Part shown: piece by piece, positions 8,076 through 16,389 of the stretch | How the letters are laid out: each line of letters opens with the position of its first letter | How positions within the stretch are numbered: the stretch's first letter is position 1 | Virus record (IMG/VR): IMGVR_UViG_3300032232_000037 | Span: 1 to 25,228 of that record | Source: a virus | Lineage: Duplodnaviria > Caudoviricetes | Length of the DNA: 25,228 bases | Strand: one strand, 5' to 3' | Position numbers and translations under genes: made by a program | Notes under the pieces: model-generated | Database searches by the model: none | Seen by the model: the letters and a program-made list of their open reading frames with translations, nothing else | What the model was told of the DNA's origin: nothing

Positions 8076-8261
8076 TTACTTTGAACCACGTCCAAAGGAT
8101 GTAGCAGATGGGTCTAGCCACTTAAGTAGTGGTCCAGCAAAGCCTGCAAGGGCTGCAGCGCCAAGAGTCTTAAGGTCCGTCTCACCAGCAAGGTAAAGTG
8201 CAATCGCAGCAGACGCTGCAGCACGGAACCATGTTAGTCCAAGTTGCTTAAATTGTTCCAT
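8076..8261 (-). CDS. Putative holin
   Basis: 61 aa with two short hydrophobic Ala-rich segments and a basic C-terminus, directly after the endolysin. GGAGG SD. Confidence 0.65.
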   Translation of the reverse strand: MEQFKQLGLTWFRAAASAAIALYLAGETDLKTLGAAALAGFAGPLLKWLDPSATSFGRGSK

Positions 8262-8273
8262 TGTTTCCTCCTA

Positions 8274-8777
8274 TTATTGCTTTGCCCCGTGCACTTTGCA
8301 GCAGGTACAAACTTCAGTTTTGTATGCCTTTTTAGCAGGCACAGGTGTTACCTTTGCGATAACTTGATTAACAATCTTAGGTTGGTTCATCCACCAAAAC
8401 CACGGAGAAGTATCGGTAGCCATAGTGGACTCAATAGAAATATGTAGATGCTTGTTATGAGGATTAGACCCAGCGTACCGTCTGTTTCCCAACTTTGATT
8501 TTTCTCTGGACCAGATTCTTCCTTTAAAAATAAGGTACTTAACACGCTTATCCTCTTTAAGTTTTTCAAATATTTCTTCACAATCAATTCCATTCTTTGG
8601 GTCATGCGTTAAGTCAACAGCAAGTCCAGTATTATGGTCGCTAGTTGGACTCTGCTTGAGATGAGCGTTCGATGGGAGAAGTCCATCGGATGCTTTCATA
8701 CGCAATGGCGCTATCGCTGTGGCTTGTCGAAGGACAGCAATAGCGGCAGGTGTGGCTTTCTTGGCAACAGGCTTCAT
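8274..8777 (-). CDS. Putative endolysin, Zn peptidase (M15/LAS-type)
   Basis: SDHNTGLAVD (SxHxxGxAxD) and HNKHLHISI (HxH) zinc ligands. Flanked by two membrane proteins. Confidence 0.72.
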   Translation of the reverse strand: MKPVAKKATPAAIAVLRQATAIAPLRMKASDGLLPSNAHLKQSPTSDHNTGLAVDLTHDPKNGIDCEEIFEKLKEDKRVKYLIFKGRIWSREKSKLGNRRYAGSNPHNKHLHISIESTMATDTSPWFWWMNQPKIVNQVIAKVTPVPAKKAYKTEVCTCCKVHGAKQ

Positions 8778-8980
8778 TCATTCTTCCCTCTTTGCAACAT
8801 CATTTGATAAAGGATTTCTACTTTTTCTTCCAGTCTAATGACAGAATCTTTTAGGCTTGCGCCAGAGTTAGGCTTAAGTTCGTATAGATAATGCTTAACT
8901 AACCATCTAACAGAACCAGCAAATGCAGTAGCAATTGCAATAATAGATACGATTAATCCAGCCCATTGGGGTGTGTTCAT
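8774..8980 (-). CDS. Small membrane protein of the lysis cassette (one TM helix plus coiled coil)
   Basis: N-terminal TM helix followed by PNSGASLKD..IRLEEKVE coiled coil. Confidence 0.6.
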   Translation of the reverse strand: MNTPQWAGLIVSIIAIATAFAGSVRWLVKHYLYELKPNSGASLKDSVIRLEEKVEILYQMMLQRGKNE

Positions 8981-10986
8981 TATACTGTCCTAACAATGAT
9001 GTCAATAACTCCACCAAATCCATCAAATCTACGGTCTGGTGGTGTCATGCGTGTGAATGATACCTGTTCAATTTGTACTTGACGTGATTCTCCTGTAGTT
9101 AAATCTTGCCATGTAACAATATCTCCGCTTTGTTCTGCTTCTTCTAGTTCTTGGATACGCTCAAATGCTTTTCCTTCATAGCCTTTAAGCACGTTGTACT
9201 TGTCTGATTCAATATCAAAACAAAATACAGGAAACTTAATAAGCCTCTGCCGTGGTGTAGCAATAGTTGCTTTAACCTGATAGCCTTTAAATGTAGGCCC
9301 AAGGCTAGATGTTGTACCGTCACGGTAAAGAATAAACTTGTAGGCAACATACTCTTGTGCCTCAGCAGGTTGAGAAGTAGTTACTTCAATTGGGTCAATA
9401 GTAGAATCGTATGAAATGTGGTCATACTCTGTGCCGTCTCTGTCTACTGTTTCTAAAGTCATTGAGCCGTATGTAAAGTCACCGCGTCCAAGAAGGCGCT
9501 TAAAGTTTTTTGGCTCAAGTGTTGAGTATCTAATATTACCCGTTGTTATGTAGCCTGATGCCCGTAGTGTGGCTGCATCTTCTATGTAGACTGTGCCATC
9601 TGATGTTCCGTTGTTGGCTGTACAGAATGTAATTCTATCTACAACTGCTGGGTCATCATTGCCAATAAATGCACAGGCAGTAGTCTTGTAGCCAGTAACA
9701 CCATCAGCATAGACATCGTTAGCATAGGCAAAACGTAGTGTTTCTATCTCAGTAGACAGGTCAATACGGATTAACCCAGGTTCTCCAGCCACAGATGCTG
9801 CACACCAAACAAACTTATCCCGTGCAGCAAAGTCATAAACAGGTTGGGTTGATTCAAAGATTAGTGGACCATAGTTAATAGACCCGTCTTGGTCATTGAC
9901 TACAGCAGCACGAACACCCTTGTTAGTACCAATCATCATGTATCCAAGATAGTAGAAAATCTTGTGGATAACTTCGCCTGTCGGCATTTCTGCCGAGACA
10001 ATAGATGATGTTAATGTTGGCATTGTGCCAGTAGTTGAAAGAGTAAACTTCTCAATAACAGACTGAATACCATTGTATCCTGCAACGTAGATGGCTGAGC
10101 CAGATGCTGTTATAGATGTGTAAGTATGAGTAGAAGATGGATGTGTATATAGCAGGGTAGGTGTAGATGATGCAGCAGTAGCACACTCATACACTTTATT
10201 ATCTGCACAGATAACCAGACGCTGCTTTACATATTCAATAACAGCATTGGTAATAATTTGGCTATTATCAAATACTTTAAACTCATCTGCAGTACTAGCC
10301 GAAGAACCAGTCAATGGCTTGCCATAAACAGTTAACTTAGTAGTACCACCAGCAGTAGCGTTGGTTACCCAGTATGCTTTATTACCATCATCACAAATAG
10401 CATATACAGGATAGACACCAGCACCACCTGCATTGTAATCAACAAAGTGAGTTACTGTGCCATTGGCAGCAATTTTATCTACATCATACTCATCAAGTAG
10501 TAGTACACCCTTAGTTGTATTCCATTTGATAGAGCGTAAATGCTGTTGAACTACGCCATTAGATGCTATTGCACCAGTAACTACGTGAGTCGAAGTGCAG
10601 TTCTTTAGTAGAGTTACTTGTCCTTTAGTCCAGACATTAACGCCTTTGCTATCTGCAAATCGGTAATGCCCAAACTCATCATTGGGAGTTGGGTCAAAAA
10701 AGTTAATACCATCTCCGCCATGAAAAGAAGATTGGCTGCGAATCCACCAACCAGTAAGCGACTGCTCTCCTGGCTCATTCTGATTATCAAACTGGTCCTT
10801 CTTAAACGGAGCAGTCTGACGGATGTACGGACGAGCATCACTAATTGCGTAGATAAATGGCAATCCAGAGATGGCTATATCATAGGCAATGTCTGTGTTC
10901 TGCCAGATTGATGTGCTAGATACAACACCAACATCTACTGCAATAGACCGCGTATCGCGGCCATCCGTAATATCTCTACCAGCCAC
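8980..10986 (-). CDS. Tail structural protein (probable beta-propeller nozzle / tail tubular B-like)
   Basis: 668 aa, beta-rich, last large gene before lysis. GTG start with TAAGGAG SD. Function inferred from size and position. Confidence 0.55.
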   Translation of the reverse strand: MAGRDITDGRDTRSIAVDVGVVSSTSIWQNTDIAYDIAISGLPFIYAISDARPYIRQTAPFKKDQFDNQNEPGEQSLTGWWIRSQSSFHGGDGINFFDPTPNDEFGHYRFADSKGVNVWTKGQVTLLKNCTSTHVVTGAIASNGVVQQHLRSIKWNTTKGVLLLDEYDVDKIAANGTVTHFVDYNAGGAGVYPVYAICDDGNKAYWVTNATAGGTTKLTVYGKPLTGSSASTADEFKVFDNSQIITNAVIEYVKQRLVICADNKVYECATAASSTPTLLYTHPSSTHTYTSITASGSAIYVAGYNGIQSVIEKFTLSTTGTMPTLTSSIVSAEMPTGEVIHKIFYYLGYMMIGTNKGVRAAVVNDQDGSINYGPLIFESTQPVYDFAARDKFVWCAASVAGEPGLIRIDLSTEIETLRFAYANDVYADGVTGYKTTACAFIGNDDPAVVDRITFCTANNGTSDGTVYIEDAATLRASGYITTGNIRYSTLEPKNFKRLLGRGDFTYGSMTLETVDRDGTEYDHISYDSTIDPIEVTTSQPAEAQEYVAYKFILYRDGTTSSLGPTFKGYQVKATIATPRQRLIKFPVFCFDIESDKYNVLKGYEGKAFERIQELEEAEQSGDIVTWQDLTTGESRQVQIEQVSFTRMTPPDRRFDGFGGVIDIIVRTV

Positions 10987-11013
10987 CGTATCTCCTTAAG
11001 TTAGAAAGTTTTA

Positions 11014-11241
11014 TTACTTAGATAGTGCAGCGATTTCGTCAGCAGTCAAACCAAGTGCTGCTAACTTTGCCTGTGCAGATTCCTTAGCAGCCTTTGCTGC
11101 TTCCTCTGCTGCTAGACGTGCTGCTTCTTCTACTGCGAATGCTGCTGCATCTGCTTCACGCTGTGCCATTTCTTCTGAGGTAAGAGTTACCACAGTTGTC
11201 TCGCCTGTTTCGCAGTTAACTACGATTTTTGTATCTGTCAT
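11014..11241 (-). CDS. Small tail-fibre-associated protein (possible assembly chaperone)
   Basis: NCETGE..V.LT.EE, Ala/Glu coiled coil, C-terminal AKLAALGLTADEIAAL. Closes the paralogue array. AGGAG SD. Confidence 0.55.
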   Translation of the reverse strand: MTDTKIVVNCETGETTVVTLTSEEMAQREADAAAFAVEEAARLAAEEAAKAAKESAQAKLAALGLTADEIAALSK

Positions 11242-11256
11242 TGTGTTTCTCCTAGG

Positions 11257-11766
11257 TTAGTATTTACGGATACCGTAAAGGGTTGCTGTGCTGTATTGTA
11301 CAAAATTGAATCCAACATTTTCAAGTGTAATAGAAGTTATAGGTGCTGTATTAGACCATAGACCAGCGTTCATTAATGCGTAAGCATTTGTTGCATTATT
11401 TTCGTGAACGGAATCTATAGATATTGATTTGTTGTTAGAACCAGAGTAATTAGGAATGTAATACTGGTGGCTACCAAAAGTATTTGAAGTATTTGCATAA
11501 TTCTGACCAGTAAAACCACCTTCAATAATTGTATCTGTATAAGAAAATGCACTAGAGCCATTGCCGTATATAATACGAGAAGTTCTTGATGAAGTAGACC
11601 CATTAAATGTTATAGAAACAGAAGCGGCATCGCCAGTATTTCTCGTTGTTCTTAACGAACATAGTACTACTAAGTCAGTATAAGTCTGTGGGATATTAGT
11701 AAAACCAATAGTAGTAGCACCACCACTGCCTACTGTAACCGTAGATATAGGAATCATATTAGCCAT
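11257..11766 (-). CDS. Tail-tip/receptor-binding-like paralogue, type C (triplet 3)
   Basis: FTNIPQTYTDL, YIPNYSGSNNKSISIDSVHENN, GLWSNTAPITSI, TLYGI. Confidence 0.7.
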   Translation of the reverse strand: MANMIPISTVTVGSGGATTIGFTNIPQTYTDLVVLCSLRTTRNTGDAASVSITFNGSTSSRTSRIIYGNGSSAFSYTDTIIEGGFTGQNYANTSNTFGSHQYYIPNYSGSNNKSISIDSVHENNATNAYALMNAGLWSNTAPITSITLENVGFNFVQYSTATLYGIRKY

Positions 11767-11768
11767 AG

Positions 11769-12263
11769 TTATGCCGCCTTTATTCCGTATAGGGTGAAGG
11801 TTGCTCCAATTTGGAATTGACCACTTGCTGCAAGTGTCATAGAAATACTAGTGATTGCAGCAGTATTTCTCCATAAACCAACAATTGCTTCTACAGCATA
11901 AGATGGTGAATTAGAACGACTCAAATAAGTTTTATAAGTTGTGCTATTTGAGTAGTTTATAAAGTGTACAACTGCGCTACTCATTGTATTATCAGTATAA
12001 AATAATCTAAAGTTATTGATAGTAGATGCTCTTCCAGAGTTAGCAACAGAACCAGTTCCTCTTATTTGAGTAAAAGAATAGTTTGTTCCAGTGTCTCCAT
12101 TAAGTTGTGTTTCAACTTCATAGTTAACACCTGAACCATTCCTGCCCTGGAAGACTAATATTAAATCAGTATAAGTTTGTGGTATGGAAGAAAATGTAAT
12201 TGTAGTCGCTGTCGCTGTTAAAGTATTAGTAGCAATCGGAATCATTGTTGATGGTAGTGGCAT
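11769..12263 (-). CDS. Tail-tip/receptor-binding-like paralogue, type B (triplet 3)
   Basis: FSSIPQTYTDL, NGDTGTNYS, NYSNSTTYKTYLSR, GLWRNTAAITSI, TFTLYGIKAA. Confidence 0.7.
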   Translation of the reverse strand: MPLPSTMIPIATNTLTATATTITFSSIPQTYTDLILVFQGRNGSGVNYEVETQLNGDTGTNYSFTQIRGTGSVANSGRASTINNFRLFYTDNTMSSAVVHFINYSNSTTYKTYLSRSNSPSYAVEAIVGLWRNTAAITSISMTLAASGQFQIGATFTLYGIKAA

Positions 12264-12832
12264 TATGCACCTGCTCTCTTGATACCGTATAGGGCAATAG
12301 TAGAACCGCTAGACCAAGTTCCGCCAGCAGCGCCAAAAGTAATTGATGAAACAGCATTAGTGTTCATCCATAAACCAGAACCCAAGAGGACTGAACCGCT
12401 ACCATTGTTATCCCACCCACATATTCCGCGAACGGTTGTGTTTTTATTCGTATTTGAATAATCAAGAACATCCATAATTGATGCACTAAAAATATTGCTA
12501 GTATTGCCTGAGTAAATATGGAACGTCATAGATGCTGTACTTGACACAGCACTGGCTGCGGCGCTTGCACCGTCACCGTAAACAAGGTGCTTTGCGTAAT
12601 TGTTTCCTGTGTCACCATTAAATTGCATACTAACGCTTATGTTTCCAACAGCATTATTTAAGTATGCTCTAAGTTGTAGATGCTCGTATGCTTGCGGGAT
12701 AGAACTAAAGGTAACTGTACTTAATCCGCTAAGGTTAGCAGTAGCAATAGGAATCATTGCACCAGGGTCTACATCACCAGGGGCTGTCAGGTTGCCTGAC
12801 TTAGATTTGTATTTAAGACTGATGGCTCCCAT
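12263..12832 (-). CDS. Tail-tip/receptor-binding-like paralogue, type A (triplet 3)
   Basis: N-terminal extension, IPQAYEHLQLR, DVLDYSNTNKNTTVRGICGWDNNGSG, ALYGI. Confidence 0.7.
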   Translation of the reverse strand: MGAISLKYKSKSGNLTAPGDVDPGAMIPIATANLSGLSTVTFSSIPQAYEHLQLRAYLNNAVGNISVSMQFNGDTGNNYAKHLVYGDGASAAASAVSSTASMTFHIYSGNTSNIFSASIMDVLDYSNTNKNTTVRGICGWDNNGSGSVLLGSGLWMNTNAVSSITFGAAGGTWSSGSTIALYGIKRAGA

Positions 12833-13362
12833 TAGATTTCCGCCTTAATGCCGTAGAGATGTGCTGATGAGTACTGAGTTAGATTTGCACCATTTACAGA
12901 AAAGATTTTAATGGAAGTAATTGGATTTGATTTGTTCCAAATATCCGCTACTAAATTAGCGTCTGCGCCAGTGGCATTGTTTTCGCCAACTGAGTCAATA
13001 CTAACACTCTTATAATAAGAACCAGTATAATTGGGAATGTACATTTCAGAGTTTCCAAATGTGTTAGCGGTAGCGGTTGATGCTGGAACTTGACCAGCCA
13101 ATCCACTGTCATAACTTGTTGAGTTGCTTGAGCCAGCAGAAGAACCATTACCTGTTAATCTACGCCAACCATAACTTCCAACAACACTATCACTATTAAA
13201 CCGCACACCTAAATCGTCAGCAGAGTATCCAGCAATTGCTGAGCGAATTGAATACTTAAGGATTAAATCAGTGTAGTTCTGTGGAATGTTGAGAAAGTCA
13301 ATACTACTAATACCACCACTACCTACGGTATAGGTGGCTATCTTGCTGTATGTATATGCCAT
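12832..13362 (-). CDS. Tail-tip/receptor-binding-like paralogue, type C (triplet 2)
   Basis: IPQNYTDL, YIPNYTGSYYKSVSIDSVGENN, HLYGIK. Confidence 0.7.
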   Translation of the reverse strand: MAYTYSKIATYTVGSGGISSIDFLNIPQNYTDLILKYSIRSAIAGYSADDLGVRFNSDSVVGSYGWRRLTGNGSSAGSSNSTSYDSGLAGQVPASTATANTFGNSEMYIPNYTGSYYKSVSIDSVGENNATGADANLVADIWNKSNPITSIKIFSVNGANLTQYSSAHLYGIKAEI

Positions 13363-13866
13363 TTAAGCCGCCTTAATTCCATAGAGAGTAAAGGTAGAGC
13401 CAGGTGCAAACACTCCAGCAGAACCTTCGTAAAGTTGAATGCTAGTAATTGCAGCAGTGCTGCGCCATAAATTAACACGAGCAATTGCATAGTTTGTAAC
13501 ATCATCACTACGAGATAAAAATGTTTTAAAAGTTGTTGTATTTGAATAATTCATAATACTTCCAATTCCGCTTCCCCAAGCATTTGTTGAGTTGTTTGGA
13601 ATATTAGAGAAGTAAGCAAAACTTTGACCAGTTACCCTAGAAGAAGCAGCAGAACTTCCATCACCATACATCTGAGTAAGAGAATAATTGGCAGATGTGT
13701 CACCGTTAACTCGCAAGTTAATAGATGGTGTACCACTTGAAGTGGTTGTTTTTGCGTTTGTAGCAATAACTATATCAGTGTATGTTTGTGGAATAGAATT
13801 AAAATCAATAGTGCCAGAAGCAATTGTTAAAGTCTGAGTAGCAATAGGTGTGTATGTCTTAGGCAT
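13363..13866 (-). CDS. Tail-tip/receptor-binding-like paralogue, type B (triplet 2)
   Basis: IPQTYTDI, NGDTSANYS, NYSNTTTFKTFLSR, LWRSTAAITSI, TFTLYGIKAA. Confidence 0.7.
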   Translation of the reverse strand: MPKTYTPIATQTLTIASGTIDFNSIPQTYTDIVIATNAKTTTSSGTPSINLRVNGDTSANYSLTQMYGDGSSAASSRVTGQSFAYFSNIPNNSTNAWGSGIGSIMNYSNTTTFKTFLSRSDDVTNYAIARVNLWRSTAAITSIQLYEGSAGVFAPGSTFTLYGIKAA

Positions 13867-14444
13867 TAGTTAACTCCATACAGTGCAAAAGTTGAGTTTT
13901 GAATATAGTTTCCTGCGCCTGGATATACTCTAATAGTTGATATTGCTGCAGTATTTCTCCATAAACCAGACCAAAAATTAACAGCACCGCTTCCATTAGC
14001 ATCCGTTCCGCCTAAAAGTCTAGCAGTTTTATATTTGCTTGTATTTGCATAGTCTAATATATCAACAACTGCTGCGCCAAATACACCAGATGTAATACTA
14101 GAACCAGTAAAAGTAGGTCCGTCAATGTCTGATGTTGATGCATAACCTGCTGCACTAACAGAACTTCCGTCTCCAGTTATTAAGTGAAATGAATAATTAG
14201 ATGCTGTATCAGAATTAAATCTAATTGCTGTGCCTACAAATGTTCCAGCATAATCAGAACGTTGCAGCATCCGAATTTGCAAATGCTGGTATGTACTAGG
14301 GATAGATGTGAACTCAATGTATGATGCTCCACCTGCTCCAACAGTTACAGTAGCAATAGACTCATAAGAGCCAGGCATAATGACAGGGTTACCAACCATA
14401 CCGCTTCGGCTGAATGTACCACTCTTAAGACTTCTGATAGCCAT
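13866..14444 (-). CDS. Tail-tip/receptor-binding-like paralogue, type A (triplet 2)
   Basis: N-terminal extension, IPSTYQHLQIR, DILDYANTSKYKTARLLGGTDANGSG, ALYGV. Confidence 0.7.
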   Translation of the reverse strand: MAIRSLKSGTFSRSGMVGNPVIMPGSYESIATVTVGAGGASYIEFTSIPSTYQHLQIRMLQRSDYAGTFVGTAIRFNSDTASNYSFHLITGDGSSVSAAGYASTSDIDGPTFTGSSITSGVFGAAVVDILDYANTSKYKTARLLGGTDANGSGAVNFWSGLWRNTAAISTIRVYPGAGNYIQNSTFALYGVN

Positions 14445-14947
14445 TATAGTACTCCGTATAATGTAAAGGATGAGTTAGTTCCAACAGTTCCATTGATAGT
14501 CTGAACAGTTAAAGAAGTAATAGCACTAGTTGAACTTTGTGCTACCGTAGAAAATGTAATGTAGCCTTCAACTGTATTGCTTTCGGTTGCCCCATCTACA
14601 GAATATGTCTTTGCATTTGAACTAGTGTAGTTGGGAAAGTAAGCATCTACGTGAGCAAATGCATTAGCAGTAGTTGTATTACCATTAACTCTTGCAACCC
14701 AGATTTGTTCAAAGGCTGTAGCCGAAGTAGATGCTGCTGTGCCAGTGCTACTTAAAACTCTATAAGTGTATCCACTGCTTGCTGAATTAACTGTAATACC
14801 AAAACCATCTTCGGCTGCTGCTCGGTTTGAACGAACACTTGCTACAAGTTTTAAGTCACTATAAGTCTGTGGGATATTACTAAAAGTAACAGATGATACA
14901 GGGCTTGCAACATCTACTGTTTCAATTTTGAATAATTGTAGTGCCAT
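14444..14947 (-). CDS. Tail-tip/receptor-binding-like paralogue, type C (triplet 1)
   Basis: IPQTYSDL, YFPNYTSSNAKTYSVDGATESN, FTLYGV. Confidence 0.7.
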   Translation of the reverse strand: MALQLFKIETVDVASPVSSVTFSNIPQTYSDLKLVASVRSNRAAAEDGFGITVNSASSGYTYRVLSSTGTAASTSATAFEQIWVARVNGNTTTANAFAHVDAYFPNYTSSNAKTYSVDGATESNTVEGYITFSTVAQSSTSAITSLTVQTINGTVGTNSSFTLYGVL

Positions 14948-15468
14948 TACTTTGCTGCCTCAATTCCATAAAGTTCAAAGGTAGAACCCGCAACAAAGTT
15001 ACTGCCACAAATAACTGCAAGAGAAGTAATTGCAGAGGTAGAACTCCACATACCTAAAGTTATTTCTGTTGCTGGATAAGATGCAGTACTTGTTGCATTA
15101 CCTGCTCTTGAGATAAAACTTTTGTAGGTAGTTGTATTTGAATAGTCAATGAAATCAGTAAGTGTAATCATACTAGATGCAGTTGTACTGCCACCAGTTG
15201 CAATGCTTAAAGCAGCACCTGTTGCACCAACGTGTCTTCCAGTTGTTGCAGAAGAACCAGTTCCCCAAAGTCCAGTGTCAGAATAAATAGAAGAAGCATC
15301 TCCATTAAATTTAATAGAAATTCCATCACCATTGGTTGATGTTCCACAGTTAATTACTAATCTTAAATCAGTATATGTCTGTGGAATAGAACTGAAGGTT
15401 ACGGAAGATGTGGCAGAACCCAAAGTGTTGCTTGCTATTAAAGTAAACGTGCCTGTTTTGGCAGCCAT
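14947..15468 (-). CDS. Tail-tip/receptor-binding-like paralogue, type B (triplet 1)
   Basis: IPQTYTDL, NGDASSIYS, DYSNTTTYKSFISR, MWSSTSAITSL, TFELYGIEAA. Confidence 0.7.
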   Translation of the reverse strand: MAAKTGTFTLIASNTLGSATSSVTFSSIPQTYTDLRLVINCGTSTNGDGISIKFNGDASSIYSDTGLWGTGSSATTGRHVGATGAALSIATGGSTTASSMITLTDFIDYSNTTTYKSFISRAGNATSTASYPATEITLGMWSSTSAITSLAVICGSNFVAGSTFELYGIEAAK

Positions 15469-15471
15469 TAA

Positions 15472-16062
15472 TTACCCCTTAATTCCGTATAGTGAAATCC
15501 TTGAATGTTGTTTCCAATAGTAAACACCAGTTGTTAAAGAGATAGTTGAAATTGGTGCTGTTGAGCGCCATAAAAATGAGTTCATATACACGTCACCAGT
15601 TACGCCAGACGCGCTATTCTTATCAAATCCACCAATATTTTTTAATGTTTTGAATTTAGTAGAGTTTGAGTAATCTAATATATCTCCAATGGCAACACCA
15701 TAGATATTGTCATTGGTTTGTCTAAATGGAAATCTTTGTAGCGCACCACTTGATAAATCAGCAAGTGCATATGGCGCTACTGTTCCACTACCAGGACCAC
15801 CTAGTTCGTGTCTTGTATAGTTAGCACCAAAGTCTTTATTAAAATTAACTCCGCACCCACCTGAACCACCTGGGTCGCTACTTAATGTAACTTGACCAAT
15901 TGCTCGAATTTGAAGATGCTTATAGTTTTGCGGAATCTCATCAAATACAATTTCAGCGGCTGTTCCAGCGCCAACAAGGACACTAGCAATAGGCTCCATA
16001 AAGTTATTTTCTAGCGCAAGGCTGATGCCTGTAGCGCCAGTCTTTGCACTAGTAATAGACAT
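15472..16062 (-). CDS. Tail-tip/receptor-binding-like paralogue, type A (triplet 1)
   Basis: N-terminal extension, IPQNYKHLQIR, DILDYSNSTKFKTLKNIGGFDKN, SLYGIKG. Confidence 0.7.
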   Translation of the reverse strand: MSITSAKTGATGISLALENNFMEPIASVLVGAGTAAEIVFDEIPQNYKHLQIRAIGQVTLSSDPGGSGGCGVNFNKDFGANYTRHELGGPGSGTVAPYALADLSSGALQRFPFRQTNDNIYGVAIGDILDYSNSTKFKTLKNIGGFDKNSASGVTGDVYMNSFLWRSTAPISTISLTTGVYYWKQHSRISLYGIKG

Positions 16063-16388
16063 TAGACGGAAGCCTCATCTCCGAATGCTGAGAAGGCAAG
16101 GTTAGCAGTTGAAGCATAGACAGTTACTACATCTGTAGTAGCAAGCGTAATACCTACTGTAATGATTGTAGTATCAGATGCACCTACTGTTACATCGTAT
16201 GCAAGGTAGTGCTGGTTAGCCAAGGCTGCTCCAGCAGGACGGATAGCAATACGGTAGGTAGCAGATGAAGATGCAAGGTTGCATACTGAGATGCTAGAGA
16301 TTACTGCTTCCTTAGAAGCAGGTACTGTGTACAGCGTAGTGGCTGTAACAGCAGATGGATTAGATTGACCAAGGACTTTTTTAGACAT
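16062..16388 (-). CDS. Small beta-sandwich-like tail fibre adaptor protein
   Basis: 108 aa, alternating beta pattern (TLYTVP, SISVCN, YRIAIR, YLAYD, FSAFG.E). Sits between the fibre and the array, tightly coupled to both. Confidence 0.55.
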   Translation of the reverse strand: MSKKVLGQSNPSAVTATTLYTVPASKEAVISSISVCNLASSSATYRIAIRPAGAALANQHYLAYDVTVGASDTTIITVGITLATTDVVTVYASTANLAFSAFGDEASV

Positions 16389-16389
16389 A

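Noticed and set aside
11257-16062. Diversity-generating retroelement or invertase shufflon as the source of the paralogue array
   Set aside because: No reverse transcriptase, no TR/VR pair differing only at adenines, no recombinase or inverted cassettes in the window. All nine genes are intact, full-length and co-oriented.
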